NCBI GenBank assembly: GCA_964016885.1
Contig: OZ024743.1
Coordinates: 73,594,001-73,658,000, forward strand
Direction: 5' to 3'
Length of the DNA stretch: 64,000 bases
Source: Eledone cirrhosa
Taxonomy: Eukaryota
The notes below the pieces were generated by a model that did not search any database, was not told where the DNA came from, and saw only the letters and a list, made by a program, of their open reading frames with translations. Positions 29,716 through 43,450 of this stretch are shown one piece after another. Both the position numbers and the translations under genes were made by a program. How positions within the stretch are numbered: the stretch's first letter is position 1; the number at the start of each line of letters is the position of its first letter.

Positions 29716-30491
29716 AATAATAGGCGATGATTATAGATAATATTTGAGAAAATAAACCTTAGTTGAGGTAAGGTAACCCTGAAGATTAGGTGGGGAGTGT
29801 ACCCTTTAGGCATTAATATGTCGGATAGAGTGTTTTGTGTTAGTCGGTCAGGCTCTCTGTTCTCAGTCAACTTTGCCTGTCATCCTTTCGAGGTCGAGAT
29901 CGATAAAAAAATACCAGTCAAGTACTGGGGTGGATACTTCCGCTATATTTCTTACTCCTTTCTCACTTTCTATCTTTCTCAGGAAGGAAATCTGCTGTAA
30001 TGAGGCCTGGTGAGGGTTGGGCTCCACCAGACATAAAATGCCCAAGAAATGCCGTATGCGCCCCTATGACTCCATCAGGAGTTACGGGACCATACCTCTG
30101 AAGATTAGTTTTATTTGTGTTGGGATGCACACATTTAAAAGTTTAAATGTTCCCAATGATTCTTTAGTGAAACGCATTGTTGGAGTCCTCTAGTTATACA
30201 GAATTAAAATCTTCTAAAATAACGGAATTCTCAGCCAACGACTCTAATTCAAAGCAACTTCAATCATCTTCGTTCTCTTTGAATTATATTCTTGTCCTTT
30301 TCCCTACTCAGTAACACTTTGCATTTTAGTGACTTTATTGCCTTACTTGAGGAGAGTAAATTATAAAAATTAAGTGGACACCGCACATGGCCAGTATCCG
30401 AGGAATGGAGTTTTTGATATACATATTTATATAACCATGTATAACCATATAGCAAAGGTAAGAATTTATATACTAAACTTTAATATATATA

Positions 30492-30560
30492 CTAGCAGTG
30501 TATCCCGGCGTTGCACGGGTAAGAACATTGGTAATAGCACCACCAATGAGAAACGTTTAT
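30492..30560 (-). mobile_element. Helitron 3' terminus
   Basis: Reverse complement CCCGTGCAACGCCGGG ATACACTG CTAG T; the extent of the element is unknown. Confidence 0.55.
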
Positions 30561-31140
30561 TTGTGAGTGCCTGTTAAAAACTCACGAAAATATACCGACA
30601 GGAAACTTGTTTTATTTGGAGAAAATTAAGGAGCTGAAGGTACAGTTTGTCTACGTGCATTGTTCATAGAAATAGTGTTGAGCCCCCTCTTTTCATACTC
30701 CTCTGTTTTGGCCTTTTGGAGTAAATGTGAAAGAGAAAGTCACAGGTTAAGTTGGCAGAAGGTTCTAGTGTCATAGCAATAAGGCGTAGGCTTAAAAGTT
30801 CATTCGCACTCTTTCCACTAAGTTACTCTTTCTCTCTATCCCTCTCGGTGCAGTCCCTTACGAATTTCTCGCGTAGTCCTGGTGTAGATTTGCACCAGAT
30901 CCATCTACCCGATGCACATGTCCGCTTTGTACGGCTTTTGGAGGAAGGAGTGACCAGCAGTACGTTGTTCGGTATTATTACGAAAAGGTGTAGCAGAGAA
31001 TCCCGCGTGAACTAACAGCTCGGGAAGAAACTGCTTACCTCGTAGATTCATTCGCCATCATTCTTGTCAACGCTCCGTTTACTTGGTATTAGATGAATGG
31101 CGCACAAAGGGTTAATGTTTATTGGCAAGAAGTTTTTTAA

Positions 31141-31248
31141 ATAATTGTTTCTACTTTAGGCACAAGGCCAGCAATTACCCAGTGCATTACTGGTACTTTA
31201 TTTTATCGACCCCGTAAGGATGAAAGACAAAGTCAACCTCGGCGGGAT
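31141..31248 (-). mobile_element. SINE family 1, 5'-truncated
   Basis: Family core match. Confidence 0.8.
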
Positions 31249-31299
31249 TTTTTTAAATAATAAAAGACGGGTTAAAGCGACCTACAATGTATTTGTGTG

Positions 31300-31331
<32 letters not shown>

Positions 31332-31336
31332 GATAC

Positions 31337-31392
<56 letters not shown>

Positions 31393-31427
31393 ATGCATGT
31401 ATATATATATGTGTGTGTGTATGTATG

Positions 31428-31462
<35 letters not shown>

Positions 31463-31832
31463 ATATACATACATTTTTATGTGTATATTTATATATATGT
31501 ATATGTGTATGTGTCTTTGCCTTCTCGTCAATATTCGCAAGTTCTTATGTTCAAAATGAATTATTGACTTGATTTTCTCATTTTTTCCTCTCTTTACGTT
31601 GTCTCACCATTCGTGTTTGTTTACCTGTCTCTCTTTCTCCACCCAACTCTTTTTATCCCATTAACTTAAATCAGTTATTGTATCCCCCTAGCCTGATGTA
31701 TATGGTCTGTAATGCGAAGAAATACCTATGATGGATTGTAGACCACTGATGACAGATATTCTTGGCTTCTATTTCTAATTCTTCATTTATGATATATATC
31801 CTATTTGCAACAACACAGCTCGCCATTTTTCA

Positions 31833-31921
<89 letters not shown>

Positions 31922-31990
31922 ATGTGTATATATATGTGTGTATATGTATATATGTGTATATATATATATATGTATATATAAGTATATATG

Positions 31991-32024
<34 letters not shown>

Positions 32025-32610
32025 AATGTAGCGAAGATAATACGTCAGCAATGACGTGTTCGTTTGAGTCCAAAATGAACTCCAACCAAAATTAAATAGA
32101 AAACATGAATGAAACAGCAACATCACAACTTACAATTAAGGACAAAATGAAAACACACACGCACATAGAACAAACAACCAACCAGTAACATGTAAATAAA
32201 CAAATAAATAAACAAATATAAACACACACCGACACCCGGATGTAACACATGGGCAAAATAAACACACAACACACACAAAAACAAGATGGCGTAGGACAGA
32301 ACAAAGGAGAGGCACAAAAACAAAGAAAAGAATCCCCAGTTACTGAAGAGGTCACAGAATGTGTGACGAAAGAACTTTGACAATATATAAACAATAATCT
32401 GGTTGTGGAACCAACCAACCAACCGGAAATTTATAAATTCCTAAATTTATAAATTTATTATAATAAATTGAAGTGAAACAACTGGTGCGTGTGTTCCTTA
32501 TTGGCAACATGACCCTCCCAAAGTATAACAATATATATATATATATAGAAGTGGTTACACAGCAGTTAGTTCACCATACCGAGAACAATTGTTTCACCTT
32601 CGCGAATCTT

Positions 32611-32724
<114 letters not shown>

Positions 32725-32771
32725 TAATCTATTAATGTCGATATAATTCTTATATCGATATTATTTGGGCA

Positions 32772-32895
32772 TCCACTGATGAGTTTATACGAGCCCGCTT
32801 GTGTATAAAACTATGGATTATATACAAGTTTCTACATAACCTGGAAATTATTTATCCCAAATTGTAGAAATCTTATAAGGAAACGGCCGTCTGGA
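32772..32895 (+). ncRNA. Type-I hammerhead motif with ~95-nt extended domain II
   Basis: TCCA CTGATGA [GTTTATAC..GTATAAA and TTTCTACA..TGTAGAAA hairpins] GAAAC GGCC GTC TGGA. Stem I TCCA/TGGA, palindromic loop III, GUC cleavage site. Confidence 0.65.
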
Positions 32896-33073
32896 AGGAA
32901 AGAGATATTTATTTAATAATGTCTCATATAAAATAATACAACCAGCTATCCACGAAATACTTATTAGTTAGCACTCCAAACACGAAATTGGGAAAATACT
33001 TAGGTATATCCTAATGTTTGTTGAGTCAGATGGAGTTGGTCAGAGTATCGCTTAAGGCTTTCTCTGTTAATGT

Positions 33074-33114
<41 letters not shown>

Positions 33115-33413
33115 GAAAAAGTGAAGAATAACAAGGTACTACTGTTGACCATGTTATTCTTCACTTTTTCAATGTTATACTCCAAGATAAACTTACATAG
33201 GAATACAAGTTAAATCATAAACTCGTCATCTACGCAAACCTCTTGTTGAGTCAAACAAAGCTGTACGCTAAAACTATCCATAATAAGAAGTATTCACAAC
33301 CTCTAACTGGATTACCTATAACGATATTTTGTTATCCCTTGTATATATATATATATATATATATATTCACACACACGCATACATATACATACATACATAC
33401 ATACACACACACA

Positions 33414-33480
<67 letters not shown>

Positions 33481-33781
33481 ATGCGTGTGTGTGAATATAT
33501 ATGTATGTAGCTAATTTGATTTGCACAAGAAAAAGGAGAAACAAACAAATAGAACAGAGGACAGCAGTAACGCCATCTTGGCTCAACAGCAGACAAACAG
33601 GTGTAGACCTCTGAGTGATTTCTTACTCAATAAGTAGCGGGATTATAGTCAAATCCAGGGTGTCAGTGGATGGATTGGGGAGGGGTAAATGTGCATCTAC
33701 TAGAAAATATACATGTCATGTGATGTTGAATAACAAAGACAGGGAGTACTTTCTCGCGTTAGATTATAACCCACTTCAAAA

Positions 33782-33992
33782 TAATAGTTTCTGATTTAGG
33801 CACAAGTCCAACAATTTTAGGGGAGTGGGAAGTCGATTAAATCGACCTCAGTGCATTACTGGTACTTTATTTTATCGATCTGGTAAGGATGAAAGGCAAA
33901 ACTAATCTCGGCAGGATTTGAACTCAGAATGTAAAGAACCGTAATTATGTCACTAAGCATGTTGTCCGACGCTCTACCGATACTGCCAATCC
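33782..33992 (-). mobile_element. SINE family 1 (long variant)
   Basis: Family match including the AGTCGATTAAATCGAC hairpin. Confidence 0.8.
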
Positions 33993-34544
33993 TCTGTCCT
34001 AACCTAATGTATAATAATATGATCAGTTAATTAAATACAACATCAACAGAAAATGCACATTCAAAATAATTACATGTGACGAATAGACACCAGCATCTTT
34101 TCTTCCTCAACCACCTTTTTGGCGAGCAATTTTGTGCATTACAGTAGCATTACACTTGTAATGCCAGTTTCCGCAGCTGGCCCGTGCCGGTATTTCTCCT
34201 TGTTTACTTCATTATATAATATAAATCAGGTTCTTTGGTGGGAATATACAATTAGTAGGTTAGTGTATTAGTCAAAGAAAGATTTATAGCTCTTCTACTT
34301 ATCACGAAAAACTAGAGTTAACCCTTCACCCCTTCAATCGTTGTCATTCACGAAAATATTATATTTTACTATTGTGATTACAGCTCTCGGTTATGTCGTA
34401 ACGTAATAATGACATTTTTGACTAAATTGTTTTAATTGCATTCATAAAAATATAAAATAATAATAATTGTTCCCCAGCTAGACACCGTATGTAGATAATA
34501 CCATTCTTGTAGTAGACGTAGCATGGTCGAATATGTAAAACTTT

Positions 34545-34885
34545 CATTCCACTATCATTAGGTCCCGTGTTCGATCCCACAGCATGGTATTTTGGAGCAA
34601 ATGTTATGCACCATGTACCATAGTTTCGGGTTGACCCTTGCCCTGTGAGTGGAAATTGGGTATATAGAAATTGTTGGAAGCCCACCGAATGAACTGTACC
34701 TGTAATTCAAACGGTCAGTCTTGTTATACACTCTGTTATGCTGAATCTCCCCGAGAATCACGTTAAGGATATACATGTCTTTGGAATGCTTATTCACTTA
34801 TACGTTAAAGTTAATTTCATCAGCAGGCTGTTCCATTGATCGAACAACTGAAACACTCATCGTCGCTACTGGAGGAGGTCCATAC
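34545..34885 (+). mobile_element. SINE-like repeat, family 3
   Basis: GTTCGATCCC box; GAGTG.AATTGGGTA..AGAAA.TGTT.GGAAGCCC and TGAATCTC..GAGAAT.ACGTTAAGG are shared with 40705-40965. Confidence 0.55.
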
Positions 34886-35594
34886 CATTCTATTGTTTGT
34901 GTTTAGATATTGTTTATTGCTTTCGTCTAAATATTGATATTTGACAAAAGGCTCCATATTTCTAGAGGTGGGATTTTAACCGAATCAACCCCTAGCATAT
35001 GACAGGTATCGACCGTTGTGGGATTTGAAATCGGAATAGAAAAGGAATCGACTCTGACTTTATAACGAACAACTGTATTCAACCGTTTCTGCTACAAACT
35101 TTAGTCCAAATATACAACTAGTAGCGCCTCTTTACGATCTGCAGGTGACCACAAATGTGTATGGTAGATGAAGCCTGCAGGCAGTAGCAGTCTATTACTG
35201 GTACTTACTTTATCAATATCGACTTATGAACTACGGGGACACGACAAAATACGGCAATCCCTGAAGCCCAAGACTCTTACCTCCATAATATGGCCTAAAT
35301 GTTGTTTTTTCACAAAACTTTGTCGCAATTATACAAGTTTAAGGAGACGTAGAGTTGATTGAATCAAGCCCAATATATTACTGGTACTTTTTGAATGAAC
35401 CCAGAAAATTGAAATGTAAAGACGATTACAACAGAATTTGCAATGAAATCTTCTTCTTCTTCTTCTTCTTCTTCTTCTTCTTCTTCTTCTTCTTCTTCTT
35501 CTTCTTCTTCTTCTTCTTCTTCTTCTACTCCGTGGGGGTTAAGTCCTCAAACACTCCTTCCAGAAAGTCCTGTCAGAAGCAACAGTATTGGCTT

Positions 35595-35815
35595 ACCTCT
35601 CTACTCCCCACCATAGGTGCTGAGCTGGCCAGTCGCAGGTGTGAGCCTCGTGAGTTGGAATGGCTCTTCCAGCGCATCTCCCTTACCGTCCTCCGGGGAA
35701 ACGCCTATCTCCATTCTGCCCGCCGGGGCTGTGGGGAGGCCAGCACGTGGCCATATAGAGAGATGGGGAGGGCGAGAGAGATGGAGGCGGTGACAGTGGG
35801 AGTTGGGCTGTGCTT
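35595..35815 (+). mobile_element. CRE-clade non-LTR retrotransposon 3' fragment
   Basis: IGAELASRRCEPRELEWLFQRISLTVLRGNA resembles the CRE C-terminal QRxSxxxxRGNA motif; three copies in the window. Confidence 0.65.
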
Positions 35816-35969
35816 TCATGTTTACTTAGGTTACTATTTTCTATTGTATATTGTTTTAATACTGAAAAATCTAACACATTAGTAACATATTGTCAGGTTT
35901 TCTTCAGGGATACAAATTATGAAAGAAAAAGCTAAATCATATTTACATTTAAAAAGAAAAAAAAAACTA

Positions 35970-36240
35970 TCGTCCCAACTGATCCGGCTGGATCCCCAAG
36001 CGAGATCAGCCAACCAACTTGCTCGGGGTCTACCCTTGTGTCTCCTGCTGGTTGGTTTTGCCCGTAAAATCTATCCGTCCAGTGATTCTTTCCTGTGACA
36101 TTCTAACCTCATTCCCATAGTATCGGAGCTGTGATCTCTCAATTCGGAGAAATAGCGGCTCTACCTGGAGTAACTCCTGTGATTCTTTCCTGAGACATTC
36201 TAACCTCATTCCCATAGTATCTGAGCTGTGATCTCTCAGT
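35970..36240 (-). mobile_element. RTE-clade LINE fragment with 60-bp internal duplication
   Basis: VEPLFLRIERSQLRYYG..RMSQERI; 36082-36141 is repeated at 36179-36238. Confidence 0.7.
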
Positions 36241-36727
36241 TTGTTATTATACCGTTCGTTACATTTGAACTTAAAATAAAATAACTTGTGATCTTTGATC
36301 CGACTCTCAGTTTAGACCTCTCCAAGGACAACCACTACTCGGGGTCGACACAACAAAGTATTGGTTCAAGTCGGTGGACTGGCGAGTGTGTTAAAGCGTC
36401 TGACAAGGTTCTGTATTTCTTATGGTTATTTCCATTCCTAGGTAATATGATTAATTCGTTGCCCGGTTTAACACCACCACCTCATCACTAGCAGAGGCCA
36501 CTCTGATACAAGTGTTCAGGCATGGTTTCCAATTTACGGATATCTTCTTTTCCTTCCATCAGTCACGGAGGCCATGAAAAATGAAGAGACTTTGGTCACA
36601 CCTTACCATTTCTAACTAAAGAGATGTTTATAAAAATAAATAAACTTCTGTCAGATGTAGAGTTAAAACTGGGGTATTTTCGGAAAAACTTTGGATTGAA
36701 ACGAAATAATATACTAATATATTATGT

Positions 36728-36880
36728 TCTCAGTTCAAATCCCGCCGAAGTTAACTTTGCCTTTCATCCTTACGGGGTCGATAAAATAAAGTACCAGTAA
36801 GACACTGGGGAAGATTTAGACTTTCCCTGTCCTTTCATTGGGACATTGCTGGACTTGTGCCAAAAGTAGAAACAATTATT
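36728..36880 (+). mobile_element. SINE family 1, partial
   Basis: Family core match. Confidence 0.8.
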
Positions 36881-37584
36881 TGTGTATATCAGCTGTTTGT
36901 GATAAGCGTTTGTTTGTAGGAAGTGAAATGTACTGGAAACAGTCGCAGCTCTCAAGCTATTGGCTTACTAAAGACTTTATTCTTAGAAATATGTAAACCC
37001 AGTAGAGTAGGTATTACAGCAGGGTAAGCACACTGAGATCATACAGGAACTTATCAAGTTAGTTATACTAACTAAATCATTGTTAAATAATAACTCATTC
37101 GTACGGACTACACTCCCCCATATATTGATGTGGTGTGAACGAGGACATAATATTGGTCATTGATTTTTAGGTGAACTCAGTATTTACTGTTTCTATTGTA
37201 TGTAATGATGTAACAATGTCACTTTATCTACCCTGCTAACTTATCTACAAAAAGACTTATCTAAGTCTAATCAACCTTAAGCCCGGGTAGAGATAAGGTT
37301 TCCCTCATATAGTTTGACTATAATTGACATGGCTTGCACAACAGCTGTATTAAATATAATAGGGTGGTATTGGTGGTAGTGATGTAGTAGTCACTGTAAT
37401 AGGTTGATCGTGGATGTAGTTGGAAGGGAAATAAGTGTATTTAAAGTATCGGATATTAGTCCGGCATCGGGAAAGAAAGGAAAGAAGTTATTAAAAGGAA
37501 GATGAAAAAAAAGAGAAGTGAAATAAAGACAGGTGCTGGAGGTTTACATATCTGGATGGAGGTGTGTCACCATTTGTGAGGATT

Positions 37585-39732
37585 GTGGTGTACTGGTCAG
37601 TGGTGAGGGGTCAGTGGTGACTGTGGTGTCTTGGTCAGTCAGTGATGACTGTGGTGTACTGGTCAGTCAGTGGTGACTGTGGTGTGTTGGTCAGTCAGTG
37701 GTGACTGTGGTGTACTGGTCAGTCAGTGGTGACTGTGGTGTACTGGTCAGTCAGTGGTGACTGTGGTGTGTTGGTCAGTCATTGGTGACTGTGGTGTGTT
37801 GGTCAGTCAGTGGTGACTGTGGTGTACTGGTCAGTCAGTGGTGACTGTGGTGTGTTGGTCAGTCAGTGGTGACTGTGGTGTACTGGTCAGTCAGTGGTGA
37901 CTGTGGTGTGTTGGTCAGTCAGTGGTGACTGTGGTGTGTTGGTCAGTCAGTAGTAACTGTGGTGTGTTGGTCAGTCAGTAGTGACTGTGGTGTACTGGTC
38001 AGTCAGTAGTTACTGTGGTGTCTTGGTCAGTCAGTGGTGACTGTGGTGTACTGGTCAGTCAGTAGTTACTGTGGTGTACTGGTCAGTCAGTGGTGACTGT
38101 GGTGTACTGGTCAGTCAGTGGTGACTGTGGTGTACTGGTCAGTCAGTGGTGACTGTGGTGTACTGGTCAGTCAGTGGTGAGTGTGGTGTGTTGGTCAGTC
38201 AGTGGTGACTGTGGTGTGTTGGTCAGTCAGTGGTGACTGTGGTGTACTGGTCAGTCAGTGGTGACTGTGGTGTGTTGGTCAGTCAGTGGTGACTGTGGTG
38301 TGTTGGTCAGTCAGTGGTGACTGTGGTGTGTTGGTCAGTCAGTGGTGACTGTGGTGTACTGGTCAGTCAGTGGTGACTGTGGTGTATTGGTCAGTCAGTG
38401 GTGACTGTGGTGTGTTGGTCAGTCAGTGGTGACTGTGGTGTATTGGTCAGTCAGTGGTGACTGTGGTGTGTTGGTCAGTCAGTGGTGACTGTGGTGTGTT
38501 GGTCAGTCAGTGGTGACTGTGGTGTGTTGGTCAGTCAGTGGTGACTGTGGTGTGTTGGTCAGTCAGTGGTGACTGTGGTGTGTTGGTCAGTCAGTGGTGA
38601 CTGTGGTGTACTGGTCAGTCAGTGGTGACTGTGGTGTGTTGGTCAGTCAGTGGTGACTGTGGTGTGTTGGTCAGTCAGTGGTGACTGTGGTGTGTTGGTC
38701 AGTCAGTGGTGACTGTGGTGTACTGGTCAGTCAGTGGTGACTGTGGTGTGTTGGTCAGTCAGTGGTGACTGTGGTGTACTGGTCAGTCAGTGGTGACTGT
38801 GGTGTGTTGGTCAGTCAGTGGTGAATGTGGTGTGTTGGTCAGTCAGTGGTGACTGTGGTGTACTGGTCAGTCAGTGGTGACTGTGGTGTGTTGGTCAGTC
38901 AGTGGTGACTGTGGTGTACTGGTCAGTCAGTGGTGACTGTGGTGTGTTGGTCAGTCAGTGGTGACTGTGGTGTGTTGGTCAGTCAGTGGTGACTGTGGTG
39001 TACTGGTCAGTCAGTGGTGACTGTGGTGTGTTGGTCAGTCAGTGGTGACTGTGGTGTACTGGTCAGTCAGTGGTGACTGTGGTGTGTTGGTCAGTCAGTG
39101 GTGACTGTGGTGTGTTGGTCAGTCAGTGGTGACTGTGGTGTGTTGGTCAGTCAGTGGTGACTGTGGTGTACTGGTCAGTCAGTGGTGACTGTGGTGTGTT
39201 GGTCAGTCAGTGGTGACTGTGGTGTGTTGGTCAGTCAGTGGTGACTGTGGTGTACTGGTCAGTCAGTGGTGACTGTGGTGTGTTGGTCAGTCAGTGGTGA
39301 CTGTGGTGTGTTGGTCAGTCAGTGGTGACTGTGGTGTACTGGTCAGTCAGTGGTGTCTGTGGTGTGTTGGTCAGTCAGTGGTGACTGTGGTGTACTGGTC
39401 AGTCAGTGGTGACTGTGGTGTGTTGGTCAGTCAGTGGTGACTGTGGTGTGTTGGTCAGTCAGTGGTGACTGTGGTGTGTTGGTCAGTCAGTGGTGACTGT
39501 GGTGTGTTGGTCAGTCAGTGGTGACTGTGGTGTGTTGGTCAGTCAGTGGTGACTGTGGTGTACTGGTCAGTCAATGGTGACTGTGGTGTGTTGGTCAGTC
39601 AGTAGTGACTGTGGTGTACTGGTCAGTCAGTGGTGACTGTGGTGTACTGGTCAGTCAGTGGTGACTGTGGTGTGTTGGTCAGTCAGTGGTGACTGTGGTG
39701 TACTGGTCAGTCAGTGGTGACTGTGGTGTGTT
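37585..39732. repeat. 28-bp minisatellite, ~76 copies
   Basis: Unit TGGTCAGTCAGTGGTGACTGTGGTGT(AC/GT). Confidence 0.97.
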
Positions 39733-39843
39733 AATGTGCATCAACTGCATATAATAAGAGTTTGGTGTCGGAATGCGGATGTGTGTTTCTGTGCATGTAT
39801 ATGTGTGTACATACACACACAGACACACATTCACACACACAGG

Positions 39844-39923
<80 letters not shown>

Positions 39924-40078
39924 GAGAGGGGGGGTCGATAGAGATTATGATGGGAGTTGTAGATTATAAATATGTGAAAAGAGGTTGTTCTGGCTCAAAT
40001 GATCTTGATCATCCGTCTTTTACTTGGACAACTCATGGGGTACCTGGGCTGGATCCCACAGATTGTCATATTGTTCAT

Positions 40079-40266
40079 TGGATTGGCAGTATCGGTAGAG
40101 GGTCGGACACCATGCTTTGCAGCAAAGAGTTACGACCCTTTATGGTCTGAGTTCAAATCCTGCCTAGGTTAACTTTGCCTTTCATCCTTACGGGGTCGAT
40201 AAAATAAAGTACCTGTAATACACTGGGATAATTGCTGGCCTTGTGCCAAAAGTAGAAACAATTATT
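40079..40266 (+). mobile_element. SINE family 1
   Basis: Full-length family match. Confidence 0.85.
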
Positions 40267-41469
40267 TCTAAACTGTTGCTAAACATGATATGAAATAAAT
40301 GGGACAATGGGAAAGTGTGCTCGTGTAATACTCTCTATTTCAATAAAGAAGATCATATTCTTGGGCCATCTAAAAGCATCTGACTGATAAAATCACAAGT
40401 CAGTCAATTCATAAACTGTTACTTGTTTGCCACTGACCCCTTCTCTTGTGTCGTTCGGCTATCAACCCAGGCTCTGCTGCCCGCCAGGCCGTAGAGGGGA
40501 AAACTGTCCAAGTGTCGGCCGCTCTCTGATAAGTTTGTGGTAGAGCCTGTAATAGAGAAGATTTCCGGCGTTCTGGTCCCTGACCACATCTCTACTCTCT
40601 GCGGAGTTGGCTGCCCGCAGGGGTGCTCCACGATGGGGTGTGGCTGCTCCACCCAACACCCACCCCACCCTCACCAGATTGACATACTCGACATATGTCA
40701 TTTACCACAGCTTCGGGTTAGGCAGTGGCTTGGGAGTGAAATTGGGTAGACAGAAACTGTTTGGAAGCCCATGTTATGGACTATACATGTAATTTACATG
40801 GCCAGATGTGTCACATATTATGTCACTGTGAATCTCTCTGAGAATTACGTTAAGGGTACACGTATCAGTGGAATACTCATCTACATGCAGTTTAATTACG
40901 TGAGCAGTTTATTAAGTTGATCTAACAATTAGAACCATCATCGCTGAACCCGACGGAGGTCCATTCTAGATCTTGCAAGATCATGGCAGACTAAAAGGGT
41001 GGTTGTGGGGGTGGGTTGAATAACGAGAACAACGACCAACATAACAACAACAACAACAACAACATCAACAACATGGTGTTGTGTAACCAAGTAGTATAGA
41101 GATGGTGGTGGTGGTGGGGATATATAACATTTACAGAGCAGGCATCCAACACAATGTCTGTAACAGGGCGGGAGTACCTAACACCTGGACCACACAACTC
41201 TTATTTTATCTACTTGACCATTATTGTTCTTCTGTTCAAAGAAAGAAAAGACTACAGTAATAAAAGAAAATAAAACCTAAGCTGTGGTGATTTGAACCAA
41301 AAGAATCCAGCTGACCATAATATTGTGGAGGTTGTCCAGACGTGCAGTGAACACAACACAGGTGTGTCACGGATCAAGGATTAAATGGTCTTTCCAGAGA
41401 TAATAGTGAAACAAAGGCAATTGTTTTTACTGGTTAAATCAAATTTGGATAGTTATTTCTCTCTCTCTG

Positions 41470-41570
<101 letters not shown>

Positions 41571-41698
41571 CTATATATATATATATATATATGCATATAG
41601 TTACAATTTGCTTACAAGCCAAAAATTTAAAAGTTCAAGGCATTCAATTACTGACAATTGTTTGTAAATTAGTAAAATTTTCCTCTCATTAATATATC

Positions 41699-41714
<16 letters not shown>

Positions 41715-41730
<16 letters not shown>

Positions 41731-41899
41731 TAAGTTTATCCCGGGTTCAATCGGGGGTAACCACATTAAGTAAGGTACTCAATACATAGCAGAGTATAAA
41801 TATTTAATACAGAAATAGCTTCTACAGGACTAGGAATGGAATGTTTCAATGGGCTTCCCGATTTCTCCCGAATGAAACATTTCTAGTTCTGAAGCCATT

Positions 41900-41910
<11 letters not shown>
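41715..41910. mobile_element. PLE-terminus-like fold-back (family of 56903-57090) in (TA)n
   Basis: CCGGGTTCAATCGGGGGTAACCAC...AAGGTACTCAATACATAGCAGAGTATAAA is the reverse complement of 57024-57085; short IR at 41805-41908. Confidence 0.75.
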
Positions 41911-41961
<51 letters not shown>

Positions 41962-42298
41962 TCGAGGGCGGTCGACGTAGATACAAGCCACTAAAATACC
42001 GGCCGCCATCTTGTCTCTGATTTAAACACCAATGATTTTTATCTGGTATATTCCTTCGTTATATTTTGAATTACCTGATGATGTCACCGGATTCATACTG
42101 AACCCGGTCATTGAAATGATCATAGTATAATAAACCTTTCAAGGTTCCTGTTATTTTGTAATAATTAACTCGGTACTCGCACCACCAACAACACAAACGA
42201 AGACGGGTGGTTGCATTACGTTGAGTGCTTTCCATAACATTACATCGTGGCTGACCACACAGAATGACCAGTTCCATCCAGTGGTGAACCAACAAACC

Positions 42299-42442
<144 letters not shown>

Positions 42443-42780
42443 TAGAGAGGGATTACAAAGGGAGAGAGAGGGGGAGATCTAAAACAGTGGGCGCACCGGA
42501 CAAAATAGGAAATAATATCGGAAAAATGGACTGTGCCTTCTCCCCACTACAGTTTATATAGAGAGATATGTGTGTATATGTATCTATATATACATTTATA
42601 TATGTATATATGCATGTATGTATGTATTTATGTATGTATACATGTATGTATGTTTAGCCATCATCAAAACATAATTCAAATCCATTTAAAGGTATATATA
42701 TATATATATAAATAAATAAATAAACAGATAAAATAAAAATGACGTAGATATACAATATAACAGGAGGAACATGATAGTAC

Positions 42781-42822
42781 CGCTGATGATGTTGCAGATA
42801 TGCAACAAAAGAACTTTGTTAG
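42781..42822 (+). ncRNA. Degenerate hammerhead motif
   Basis: CTGATGA T GTTGCA GATA TGCAAC AAAA; the GAAA is mutated and stems I/III are unclear. Confidence 0.35.
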
Positions 42823-42998
42823 ACTATATATATGTGTTTATATCTATATTATATGTGTATTTTTGATCGTTGGTCAGTCAATGGTAAACATTGAGGACCG
42901 AATGAATTAACTGTGGGGATATAAAAGATACAGAAGCGAAAATCAACCAAACAGTGATTGTGTTCTGTTATTAATTCTGGAAATATTATTACAAGTAT

Positions 42999-43085
<87 letters not shown>

Positions 43086-43158
43086 CATATATACATATAT
43101 ACATACACACACATACACACATATATATATTTACACACACATATAATATATATACATA

Positions 43159-43395
43159 CAGTGGCGGACTGGGTCTAAAAATATTGGTTGCTAGATGAAG
43201 GTGCCCACTTACATATAGAATGATATCATTTAATTCTTATAAGGAATAAATAACATTTTCGAAAATTACGTAAGTGGAAACAAAACAGTGCAATCAAATC
43301 TTTGCTGAAAAATATCTGACCTTCTCCAATAAAAAATGTTGTGTATTTTGCGAAATCCAGAGACTTTCAATAATGACCTGTGGTCTTTCACACTC
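43159..43395 (+). mobile_element. hAT MITE left end (family of 47397-48028)
   Basis: CAGTGGCGGACTGG...AAGTGGAAACAAAACAGTGCA closely matches 47397-47531. Confidence 0.75.
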
Positions 43396-43400
43396 ATATG

Positions 43401-43447
<47 letters not shown>

Positions 43448-43450
<3 letters not shown>

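Noticed and set aside
40419-40749. GC-rich patch with overlapping short ORFs
   Set aside because: No recognisable protein motif or splice structure; probably a decayed TE fragment.
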